From positions 48,546,001 through 48,610,000 of the forward strand of contig NC_135655.1 in NCBI RefSeq assembly GCF_964188315.1: a stretch of 64,000 nucleotides of DNA, in the 5' to 3' direction. Origin of the DNA: Podarcis muralis (taxonomy: Eukaryota). Position numbers and translations under genes: made by a program. Positions 11,101 to 21,779 of the stretch are shown here, one piece after another (position 1 is the stretch's first letter; the number at the start of each line of letters is the position of its first letter). The notes under the pieces were generated by a model. That model was given only the letters and a program-made list of their open reading frames with translations. It was not told the DNA's origin and ran no database searches.

Positions 11101-13339
11101 AAGCAAGAACTCAGTTTCTCTCTGGAGAGCTTCTGGAACTGTTTTCTGGAATGATTGGAGGAGAGAGAGAAAAGAAATTGGAGTGATATGTATTAGAATA
11201 GGTATGCAAATAAAATACCGTGCTTTCCCATGTATAACCCCCCCCCCTCCCGTGTATAACACAACCCCTATTTTGGGGGACTCAAATTTATGAAAATGGG
11301 GGAAGACGACCCCCGTTTTTAACATTATTTTAGAGTAAAAAAACCTAGTCTTATACACAGAAAAGTATGGTATATCTAGCGAGAGCTTCTTGGTAGACAT
11401 TTTAGATGTTTTAAAGCTTTTAGGAGCTGGGGAGAGATTGCAACTTATTTCCCAGTCTACTTTGATACGTCCTGCTCAAATAGACTAATTTCAAATAGAC
11501 AGGCATTCAGCCAACAACTTTTACTTGCCAATACTTCTAAACCAAATATTTGGTTCAATTAGTTTTTAAAAATGACAGGTACAATCTAAGGAAACAATTT
11601 GTGGGAAGCTTGCAGAGAGCTGGAGGGTGGTGCTTTGGGGGGGGGGGGCATTGCCAAATCTAAAAGAATTTTTTTGCCCCACTGATTCAGTAAGACTGCC
11701 AACTTTCTTACTGAGTCAACTCCTATGACTATACCAGCTGCTTAGCACACAGAAACGAAGCAGAAGATTTTCTTATCACTTTATCCCCATGTCAGAATCT
11801 ATATCTGTGTAAGTTCTGCATGTCAGTCTGCCTTTCAATGCACAAGGGCAGGAACATCAAAACCTAGAACTGCCACTGGTGTTTTGCAAGAATTGAAAAG
11901 AAAGCATCATTATATGCATCATTTTGCTATTTGAACAGAGCTAGCTATTTTGGATTGTGGCCTATCCATTCAGAATATCAACAGGACTTGCACTATCAAA
12001 CTAATTGAAGAAGAGCATAATGTTACAGTCATAGCCAGGCATAGGCAAACTCAGCCCTCCAGATGTTTTGAGACTACAGTTCCCATCATCCCTGACCACT
12101 GGTCCTGTTAGCTAGGGATCATGGGAGTCATAGTCCCAAAACAGCTGGAGGGCCGAGTTTGCCTATGCCTGGTCATAGCCAAAGCCTTCTTTAATAGCAT
12201 TCTGATTATTATTTTTTGTAATTACTAAAACAGCAGCAATTATCAAACTTCATTGGGTGCTACAAAATTTCTCAAATTAGAAGTATTTTCTTATCTGGAA
12301 TGGAACAGATTTTTTTTACCTGCTCCCATGCGAGCCACGTCTGCAAAACAAGGAGCCAAAACCAAGCAAGTTTTTGAGGACTGTGTTTCGATCCACACCT
12401 ACAAGGAGACATCCCCAAATTAGTCATTTTTCATACTAAATTCATTTATCTAGAAATCTCAGTAACTTTTGAACTGCTTTGAACTGCAGCCCTAGCAAGA
12501 GCAGCTCATAACCCCCCAAAGCTCTACCACAATCAAATCCATTCTTGAACAAAGGAAATTCAAAGGGAGACTGTAAGATGAACGCAGTAAATGTCAGTAT
12601 ATCAAGAGGTTCAGTACTATTGCTTGTCTATGGAATTGCCACAATCATTTGTCATCACATTACATGTGGTAACTGACTTACAAATGTCAGGATACCTGTG
12701 TTTTCAAACATTGTTTTTTCTGAAGCGTCCCTGCTATGTAATTCTTACCATCTTCACATTTCTGCATTCCACTTCCTTCTTTCCTCAAAGTTCACAATCA
12801 CTCTTCCCCTCTGCAAATATCTATGTTCCTGCTATTCAGGATAACACTTCATGTATCCAGTGGTGAACTGGAGTTGACAGAAGTCGATATCATAATAAAT
12901 TTGTTAATCAATAACCTTTATTATTTGTGTTGCAAAAGATTAACACTGCTGCCCTTTTGAAATTAATAAGGAACACACTCAAAACATACTTTAAGGCTGC
13001 ATTCACCTACCTGGGAATAAGCCTCACCGAAAATAATGGGACTTTCTTTGGAGCATCTATGTACAGGACTACACTGTAATATTTTAAAGCTTGCAACTTT
13101 TTCACACACTTTCAACTGTTAGTTACCAAAAGTCAATGTAGTGCTCACCTTAGATGAGAAGGGCAGACTATTAGAGCATGAAGGATCCTTTCCACTTTTT
13201 CACAGCCATCTTCCTGCCACCGGTGTAACTGAGGAATGCAGGCCTGTGCAAGTTCCCAGTCTTCCCTCTTCACACAATCACAAAAAAACCAGAAGAGCCG
13301 TTCCAGGGATGCAGATTCCTCCTTACCAAATGGATGCAT
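763..13339 (-). CDS. ZFYVE26: Zinc finger FYVE domain-containing protein 26 (spastizin/SPG15), 5' part, 11 coding exons; gene continues beyond the left edge
   Basis: Exons on minus: 13339-13149 (MHPFGKEE...), 12398-12320, 11145-11056, 8124-7584, 7415-7285, 6427-6263, 6121-6033, 5712-5549, 4727-4515, 2593-1934, 855-763. All have AG/GT boundaries and continuous phase. Peptides match human spastizin as recalled (WELAQAC, AYFYCLSSNKHFLEQIL, FCAMKYAIYALCVN, LSEAQWRHK). Exon 855-763 is the least certain (right phase and Arg-rich, but low similarity). Confidence 0.95.
1051..1317. mobile_element. hAT-type MITE (1135-~1317) with an inverted copy of its left end at 1051-1103
   Basis: Left terminus CAGGGGTAGTCAACC at 1135; degenerate right terminus GATTGACAACCCG near 1305-1317; 1051-1103 is the exact reverse complement of 1131-1183. 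Confidence 0.65.
3206..3390 (-). mobile_element. tRNA-derived squamate SINE
   Basis: Minus strand reads GCTGTAGCTTAGTGGTAAAGCAC...GGTTCAATCCC (A and B box-like head), then the body CCCTGGAGAGCAGCTGCCAGTCA...CTGACTTGGTATAAGGC shared with the copy at 19258. Confidence 0.8.
4021..4148. mobile_element. Short hAT-type MITE
   Basis: TIRs CAGTGATGGCCAAACTTGGCCC / GGGCCAAGTTTGGCCACCACTG; perfect 8-bp TSD CCCTACAC at 4013-4020 and 4149-4156. Confidence 0.9.
5095..5138. repeat. (CA)n microsatellite
   Basis: Direct reading. Confidence 0.95.
8519..9099. mobile_element. hAT-type non-autonomous element with a GC-rich interior containing one mariner-MITE terminus
   Basis: TIRs CAGTGTTTCCCAACC / GGTTGGGAAACACTG; perfect 8-bp TSD CTCTAGAT at 8511-8518 and 9100-9107; 8930-8975 is the reverse complement of the left end of the MITE at 46676. 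Confidence 0.9.
10428..10610 (-). mobile_element. Degenerate tRNA-derived SINE
   Basis: Shares the TTATACCAAGTCAGACCA tail and tRNA-like head remnants with the copies at 3206 and 19258. Confidence 0.55.
11216..11372. mobile_element. Degenerate Tc1/mariner-type MITE
   Basis: Imperfect TIRs TACCGTGCTTTCCCATGTATAA / TTATACACAGAAAAGTATGGTA with TA ends. Confidence 0.6.
12036..12171. mobile_element. Short hAT-type MITE (same family as 4021-4148)
   Basis: TIRs CAGGCATAGGCAAACTC / GAGTTTGCCTATGCCTG; perfect 8-bp TSD GTCATAGC. Degenerate relatives occur near 17700-17825, 20725-20860, 22480-22640, 29130-29260, 49670-49920, 59895-59970 and 61400-61530. Confidence 0.9.
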
Positions 13340-14656
13340 CTTCCTGCTTCAAAATGCAAACAAAAGACTAGAACTCATCAGATCCTATTCTTAAATCATA
13401 TCTGTCAAACATTCATTTACAATGCACTTCCTAAAATGAGAGATGGAAATTTACATAAAGATTCATGTCTAGAAGTGGAACTTTAGTCTTTCCCTACACA
13501 AAGTTAGAATGTCTAGCAGGACAGACAGCTAACCTAATACACTTGCACTTTTATAAAATAACAAGAATAGCAATTGTCTTGTTTGCCCATTGAAAATCTG
13601 TCAAAACATCTGCAGGTAAACAGGTGAGAGTGAAAACAGGAAAGTGGAAACTGCAGCTGACTAGCCTTCCCTCAGACCTAACAATAACAAGTTGAGAGAC
13701 TAAGCTAATCTTGAGTGGAAATACAGGGGACAGTATGGATGCAAGGGAAGCTATAAAAAGGGGTCAAATCTTTGTGAGGATATGGAAATCTCTGAGGGGG
13801 CTGGGGCTGAGCCTAAGCCAGAGAGGGTTAGCAAATTCTGCATTAAGATGAGCAAAACCTTTTAGCTCAGCAAGAATAATTCCTGCAGGTTAAAAAACTC
13901 CCCAAAAACTTTAAGTCATCTAGTGGACTCATTAATAAACCAGGGCTCATTTATTATACCTGAACAGTTCTTATGGTGCCACATTCGACTTACCTGCTCT
14001 GTGGGAAACTTTCCACTGCCAAATAAACTTTGCCCAGCTAATCTATGATGAATCAAGCTCCCCTTGATCATGCAGCTGCTCCAATTCACATTTCAGTTTC
14101 TTAAAGAAGTACCTTGAGAGGCACTACTATTCAAGTATCAAGCTTAAAAGTAGGTACCTTCACTCAGAATTACGTCCCACCAAACAAGCTCAGTAGAGCT
14201 GACTCCAAAGAGGGCAAAGGAATGTAGCACTGACGTTCCGTGGCTGCTTTTTATACTTGACAACTTTGCTAAAAGGTTACTCTTATCACGTGGGCAATTG
14301 TTAATTTAAAAGCCTGGCTGTATTTAAATAACCACCCGCAACAGTCTACTAGTGCCTTCCTCGCTTGTCTCGGCAAGCAAGCTGCCGTGCCCATCTCATG
14401 TGAACTTCTCCGCCTAAATACCCCCGGCAGGAGGCTCTCCTGCGTCCTCCTCCGAGTCTCGTCTCACCCAGCGGAGTTTTTCCTTTTCGCCCCCACACTT
14501 TCCTCCCCACACTTTCCTCCGGCATGCAAAGGCAGCGCAGGCAGGGAACCAGCAACTCGTGCCTCGCATAGGACCCACCTGGAAGAGAGGTCCAATCACC
14601 AGTAGAATATACACTCGCCTCGCCTCAGGAGCTTATCCTGCTGTCATCAGCGCTAC

Positions 14657-14830
14657 CTGCACTCCCAGACAGAATCAAGTCCGGTTGCCGCGGCCATGTT
14701 GAAAAGCTAATCAGGTGATCGAAGCGACAGGCGGAACAACCGGCTTATTGGGCAAGGGGGACGCCATCTTTCTCTAGGGCATCGAAGCCCAACAGTTGCC
14801 ATCTCTGAAGCGGGCAAAAATATCACGTGT
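14657..14830 (-). promoter_or_regulatory. ZFYVE26: ZFYVE26 first exon and CpG-rich promoter
   Basis: Minus-strand donor AG|GTAGCG at 14657/14656; CCAAT (ATTGG 14747-14751); YY1-like AAGATGGCGT (14761-14770, minus); E-box TCACGTG at 14823-14829; local CpG enrichment. Exact TSS not determinable. Confidence 0.65.
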
Positions 14831-16305
14831 CTGGAAAGAAAGGCGCTCGTAGTCCGCATAACGTACATTTATTTACTGATTTTTAAAATTTTGTATTCAT
14901 CCGAAGATCACGTTCTCCTTCATCCTCTCTAGTTCGGTTGGCTGGGATTTACCCAGATTTACCATACAGTGCTCCTTTATTCCACTAGCTGGCCGGATCC
15001 CTAGCTTTCGTTATATAAAATAAAATAAGCTAGTGTCTCATCAGGCAAAACGTGTAGGCCTTCCGAGCCATTCTTTTTTTAAAAAAAGCTACTGTAGCCT
15101 GCTGTCGTATTTTAATGTTGGTAGCCAATGAAGCAAGTAGCAGCTGTGACTGACATTTAGGAAAGCAAAGCACACAGACTAAAATGTTAGACTGACACAC
15201 CTACTGTCTGGAACTTCTTGATTCATTTTGAAGTCTGGAGGCGACTTCAACGGAGAAATGGTTGTGGCCCTATAGAAAACAATTCTTAAATTTAGGATTA
15301 TTGCGTAACTGTGATTGGGCCTGTGCACCCAAAAACAAAAGGTAGTAAGTCTCTCCAAGTCATCTTTTACATCAAGAAAACGGGTCACCCCAACCTTTGC
15401 AAACATATTAAACAGTTAACATGCCAATACTTAATGCTAATAAAATTAATCATTAAGAAAATGTGGGGTAATTTATATGGCAAAGTGGTCTAATATTGTT
15501 ATACTCATATTGCTAAGAGGTGGAAGAGAGTACAGTAGTTTACTACAACCCTGCAGTGCAGTTCAGAGAATCCAGGACTGGTATATTTCAGGAAATACCT
15601 TTGTGGGACCTACATTACACGTGAATGCATCTAGTCCCTTTGGAGGGAGGTGACTCTTTTATAGTGTTTCTTATTAGAGCTTCTAATAGCAAATAACCCG
15701 TTAGGTCAATGAAGACTGCAATCTCTCTTACCTGGGAGTAAGTCCTGCAGAACTGAGTGTTACTTGCTTCTGACTGTATAAGATTGTGATGTGTAGGGTG
15801 AAAAAACTTGTTATATTTTCATTTCATTGGGTGCCGTTTACTTCACCATTCAAGTCTGATCGTGAACTAATTTACTTCAGCCTTATTGTCAGTCCTAGTG
15901 CTGTTCAACACAATGAATTTCATGTACTTCCAGGCATTATTTATTTATATGCCATTGTATACAAGTATATCCTCTATTATATGTGTATAAAAACTGTTGT
16001 TGTCTTTGCACCTCTGAAGCCAGTCTTTGAAACTTACTGGTTGATCAATGGCAAAATGTACAAATCCCCCTATTCCCAAAGCATTATGTCAAATATTCTT
16101 CCCTCTTACTCTGTCCATCCATCTGAAGATGTTGACTGTTGTGTGACTCAGCTATCTGCATGGGTGGTGTCTAACTGGTGTTTGCTAGAGATAATGTTCC
16201 CCACTACATCCTCTATTCTGGCTCTTTTGTTTGTTTTGCTTATAGGCAGGAAAAGAACAAAACTTTTTCCATAGACTTCTAAGAAGTGTAACAGGCCAAA
16301 AAAAC

Positions 16306-19300
16306 ATGACGGAAAATGACAGGTGCACAACTGTAAGTATTGAAAAACCTACTTTCTACTTTCTTGCAAGCCTATTTATTTGTGTAAGTATGTAAAGAGG
16401 AAGAGGCGAATGAGTTTTTATTTAACTTATTCATTTTAATGTTACATCTCTTAGAATCCTGAAAAAAAATATCAGATATGGATTTGCCTGCCAGTGCTAT
16501 TCCTGTAAATGTCTTTCTTTGGCTGCAGCATCCACATTGCTCAGACAGAGTGCTATTAAATTCTTCTGATGCACTGAAATCACAAGCAGAAAAAGAGGGC
16601 TCAGAGAGTGGGAGGCCAGACAAACTGAACCAGTCTGTTCCCCTCTGCGAGTATAGCAGCATACATTTCCCCCAATTACCATATTGTAAATAAGCCAAGC
16701 GATTCTCTACCCATTTTAAGTGACTATGTCAGTGAAAGGTATCAGTCAAGGCTGCGGTTCCTGCCAACCATGAAATTATTAGTTGTGAGATAACATGATT
16801 GTTTTAGATGTTTGAAACTGTTTTAAGTCCGTTTTTATTTTTCGTTTAAAAAAAACCACTTGCCGCCTTAGCAAGAAGGACAGGATATAAATTTAATAAT
16901 AATAAATTGCCACGGAATGCAGTTAGACTTACTTCTGAGTAAATCCATTGAGAACCAGGCTGCACAAGAAAAGCTACTGCAAAGTACTTCTACGAATGGC
17001 ATTTTAAGATTAAGATTCTGCAGAAATAACTGGTTAAATTGAAAATGTTTTGCAACTGCGAGGCTTTAGCATAACCAATGACGGTCATGAAAACTTTTTA
17101 AAAATGCATATCAAGTAACCACACCCATCCTTGTGGATGGCAGGGCCAGGAATCAATCTAGATTGAAAGCAGCATGCTAAAGACAAGCATGAACAATTCC
17201 GGACTGAGAAAACACTATATTTTTGTGCTACAAATGGCTTGGTGTTTGTGCAGGCATTGTGGTGCAGTGCAGAATCAATCTGCAAGGAGCTTTTATGTTT
17301 GGAATGAAGCACTTTTCAGGAGCAAATAGTAGATCTAGATTGTTTGTGTACTATGTAGAGAAAAACAAGCACTCAGTCTCCTTTGAATCTAGAATAAAAT
17401 GTCATGTGCACAGCTTAAGAGTCATCCAGTACAGTACATTTTTGTACTGGCAGTTCATTATTGCTCTGGGAGGTCTTTGGACACACATTTCAAACATTCC
17501 AGATTACATTCCATTCTGTGATCAGTGCTTTTTCATTGTCTAGCGAGTATTCATGCAATCCATTCACTCCATCTCTTCAAAGGACTGGAGGGAAAGAGGG
17601 AAAGAGTTCGAAGTTAGGCCTGAATACGAGATTAGTGGTTTTGTCCTCGGAGTATTCAAGAAGGTTTCAGTGAAGGATTGCTATGCCTGTAGTGAGCAAG
17701 GGATGTGGCACCTTTGACCCTCCAGATGTTGTTGGACTCAAGAGCTCCCATCAGCTGCAGCCAACATAGCCAATGGTCATTTTAATACATCAACATCTGG
17801 AGGGCCACAGGTGCATTATCCCTGCTGAGTAGCCATCTCCCTTAAACAGGATTTGGCAGTGGGTGTAGGGTGGGAGAAGATTGTAATGTTTCAAAAACTA
17901 GCAAAGTATTTACAACCAGAGACCATGCTTTAGCATATAAATAAAAAACAATAGTTCTGAAATAAGAGGCATATTGTTATGTGCTACCCCAATCTCTAAG
18001 TGGTGAGAAATTCCAGGAGTTCCAGTGCTTACCTAGGGTTTGGCTTCCTTGAAATGAAAGTCAGTGGAGACGACACTTTCTTTAGGATCAGGGGTAGCAT
18101 TTCCCATTTCATCGCTTGTGTCCTCCCCTGCAGTTTTATCCTCACAAAAGCCCTTTGAGGTAGCTAAGGAAGAGAGAGATGGGTCACCTAGTGAGCTTCA
18201 TAGCTTAGGATTTGACTCCGGGGCTGTGTATACACCATACATTTGAAGCACTTTACCTCTCACAGAACCACAATTTCGAGCACCCTTAATAAACTACAGT
18301 TCCTAGATTCTTTGGGGGGAAGTCATGTGCTTTAAATATATGTTGTGTGTACACAGCCACAGGTCTCCATTTCCAGTCTGACATTGTAAGCATTGTATTA
18401 CACTGACCGTTCACTACACATTTATTAAGTCTAGAGCAGGGGTCAGCAACCTTTTTCAGCTGTGGGCCGGTCCACTATCCCTCAGACCATGTGGTGGGCC
18501 AGACTATATTTTGAAAGAAAATATGAATGAATTCCTATGCCCCACAAATAACCCAGAGATGCATTTTAAATAAAAGGACACATTCTACTCATGTAAAAAC
18601 ACCAGGCAGGCCCCACAAATAACCCAGAGATGTGTTTTAAATAAAAGGACACATTCTACTCATGTAAAAACACGCTGATTCCCAGACCGTCCGTGGGCCG
18701 AATTGAGAAGGCGATTGGGCTGCATCCGGTCCCCGGGCCTTAGTTTGCCTACCCCTGGTCTAGAGTAACCCAAGTGTGAAATGAGGTTATTCAACCTTTT
18801 CGGCCTTGAGGGTACATTTGGAACTGTTGGAGGTACCATAAATATCCATTTCATGGAAGAAAAACAGGTGATGCTCACCCACCCCTATAACATGCAAAAC
18901 ACCTAGTCCTCTCCGCAAACTCCCCCAAATAAAACCGAGACCAAAAAAAGCAGGCAATCTTTCGAAAAGTCAGCTCCCCAACCAACCAAAAGCCCAAAAA
19001 ACTACTTTAAAAAATTGAGAGGGGTCAGGGCCTTGACAAGTGCCAAGAGGGCTGTCTGAAAATGATGTAGTGCCCACATTGTGGGCCCCAGGTGTAAAGA
19101 AATGCTTTCATGAGGCAGCGCAATCCTCAGCAAGACCTACGGTCCAAGGTATCACTCTTGTGAACAGCTATCTGGGTGTAACCCTCAGTGAACTCCAGTT
19201 AAAAGGTTTGAGCTTCACACCCATTTTCCTTTCTCCTGCAGGGTGGCTCTTTGGATGAAAGGCTGTAGCTCAGTTGTAGGTAGAGCACTTGCTCTGCATG

Positions 19301-21779
19301 CATAAGGTCCCAGGGTCAAACCCCAGCATCTCCAGAGAGGACTGGGAATGTCCGCTGTCTGAAACCCTGGAGAGCCACTGCCAGTCACATTATTCCAGTA
19401 CCGAGCAAGATGGACCAATAGTCTGACTTGGCATAAGACAGATTTCTATCTTATTTTTAATGCAGAGCTTAAAAGACAGGTACAACTAGGAAGAAAACTC
19501 CTGTGTACGTATAGTATTAGTAATAGATAAATATGCAGCTTTGTATTTTATTGTACAGATGTCATTTTCAAACGCATATTCAGAATTATTGTTTCCCCCA
19601 TTAGGTGGAGAAATACGTCGGTGAGATTAAAGGAGGACTGAGGCCAACCATGAAAATCACTATCATGGGGGTAATATGCCCTGCCCCCAAGAGGCAAGTG
19701 TGTCAGCCGGCATTCTAGCAGCTGCTTCATGGATGTATCTGGCGAAAATTGCTCATAGGTGCAGATCTATTGAGGAATAGCATTAGCTGGGCAAAAAGGG
19801 AGAGATAGTATTGTCAATATGGAGAACATCAGAGGAGCACTGAACATAATTCACTATTTCTGAGCACTGTAGCTCAGCAGAGCATAACTGACCATTCTTA
19901 GCTCACACATCCAGAAACCAGTCCCTTCCAATTCTAATATTCTATGGTTCCATAATTAAGTCTCCTGTGAACCCAAAGTAATCCCAAAGTAATCACTCAA
20001 AAATATGGCTGCCTGCTGGAACTCTGCATGCTTCTTCCAATTCACCTTCGCTGGGGATGGGTAATCCTGCTGACCCATCTCTGCTTCAGTTGTGGCTGGA
20101 GCACTGAATCATCCTGATTCATCACAGAATTGCCTCTACTGTCACCAAGGCTCCCTATTGCCCCTCCGCATGAGCCAGTGCTGTGTGCTTCCATCCTTCC
20201 CATTGGGAGGGCAGGGGAAAGGGGTCGTAATTTTGCTATATTTGTTTGTTTGACTGGATCATTCCAACACTTCTGATGCAAAGATGGAGGAGAAATAGCT
20301 GTTCCCAGAGGAGGCATTCCCAGAATAATGCCCCATGCACAGAGCCAGCCCTACCAGTAGGCAGAAAGCGGGAACCCAACTGTTCCTTCTGTTGCTGTTT
20401 TGTTCTGCCTTGTCCCTCTAATCTGGCCTGCTGCTTTATGTGCAGTGCAAGAAGCTATCCCATCACCCCTGGTGCTGAAGGAAAATTAATCTGCATGTCT
20501 GGTCAGCTGTTTAAAATTTGCTTAAGTAGCCACGCACAATGCATCATCGCCTCATATATCTGTGCTGTTTCTTACAGAGCACTATGATGATGTCACACTA
20601 AAAAGGCAGGCTCTGTGTCATTTCTGATGTATGTTTCTGGACAGCTCTCATAATGCTTTTTCAGCGTCTAGGCCAGTGCAGTTTAGCTACTTTTCTCCAA
20701 TTGCAGCTGGAGGTAAGCATTTAATGCAGGGTTGGAGAACCTGTGGCCCTCCAGAGAAATTGCTGGGCTCTCACCAACCCCAGGCTACATGGCCCATGGT
20801 GAAGGATGGTGGGAGCTGCAGTAACAGCATTTGGAGGGCCACAGGTTTCACATCCTTAGACTAGGCCATACTTACCCTGGAAACAAATATGACATTATAA
20901 TGCCACAGCATGTGATAAATGAGCTCACTATCATGTTAGATTGTTGAATTGTTACTTATCGCATGTTCATTCCTTCAAGTTTTTCAGTGACTTTGCTCTG
21001 TGACCCCATGGATGCCAATCTGGACATTGGGCTGTTGTTTGCAGTCAGCTTTCTTGAGAAATCCATTGTGCGAAATTCACGGATTGCTGGGAAATGGGGT
21101 AAAGAGGAAAAGACCATTCCCTACTTCCCATTTACAACAGGGGAGTCATTTAAGGTAATTTTACTTGCTAGTATGGGAGACAGATATATAGACAGAGATA
21201 TAAACTGCCTAAGACCCTCTGGCCCAGTATTGTCTCCTTTGACTGACAGCAGCTCTCCAAGGCCTCAGGCAGATTTTCTCTTTCAACACTTCTGATCATC
21301 TAACTATAGGTGCTTGGAACTAAAGTTGTAGTCGTGTTTGTAATAAACATGTCCTCTATTTGCTCCATCTGTATTTACAGGATCAAAAGGAAGACCATTT
21401 ATTTATTTATAAAGATATTTCTAGACTGTCAAGTCATACTAAAATATGGTTGCCATTTAAGTACGGTAGATCTTCCAGTGTAATATTTCCAATTGATTTT
21501 CAAAAGCATCTACGCATAATCAAGTCCCATTGAAATCAATAAGCTTGCGACTCATTACTTTGTGGGCGCCCAACTTTATTGGGATTGCTGTCAGTCTCTG
21601 CCCCTGCCACCCATGGATCTCCTTTGTTTTTTCAGATGGAGCTCTTGTGTGAGCATCAGCAGATTCGGGTTTTGCTTGATGGACGTCAGCTCTGCAGTTT
21701 CACTCACCGCGTGCAGCCTATGCAAAGGGTGACAGCTTTACAAATCTCCGGAGACATCAAGCTCACCAAAGTGGCTTGA
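16306..21779 (+). CDS. Galectin-related protein, LGALSL/GRP-like paralogue, single CRD, about 144 aa
   Basis: Exons 16306-16332 (MTENDRCTT, donor GTAAGT; less certain), 19605-19693 (VEKYVGEIKGGLRPTMKITIMGV...; GC donor), 20980-21154 (FSVTLLCD...NSRIAGKWGKEEKTIPYFPF), 21636-21779 (MELLCEHQQIRVLLDG...ISGDIKLTKVA*). Phases join 0/2/0. Resembles recalled human LGALSL (GHIKGGMRPG, IPYFPF, EILCEH, INGDLQITKLG). Symbol left blank because orthology is unresolved. Confidence 0.88.
18222..18358. mobile_element. Small MITE with GGCTGTGTA termini (family unassigned)
   Basis: Imperfect TIRs GGCTGTGTATACACCATACATTT / AAATATATGTTGTGTGTACACAGCC; related fragment near 25850-25990. Confidence 0.55.
18437..18757. 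mobile_element. hAT-type MITE with internal tandem duplication
   Basis: TIRs CAGGGGTCAGCAACC / GTTTGCCTACCCCTG; perfect 8-bp TSD GTCTAGAG; a ~63-bp unit (CCCACAAATAACCCAGAGATG...CATGTAAAAACAC) occurs twice at ~18540 and ~18612. Confidence 0.9.
19258..19450 (+). mobile_element. tRNA-derived squamate SINE
   Basis: Head GGCTGTAGCTCAGT...GGGTCAAACCCC, body CTGAAACCCTGGAGAGCCACTGCCAGTCA, tail GATGGACCAATAGTCTGACTTGGCATAAG. Confidence 0.8.

Noticed and set aside
18540-18675. CRISPR-like or regulatory direct repeats (also 35231-35270)
   Set aside because: Eukaryotic context with only two units; the first is an internal duplication of a hAT MITE.
20584-20627. C/D box snoRNA (ATGATGA...CTGA)
   Set aside because: Only 44 nt from box C to box D, with no terminal stem or recognisable guide.
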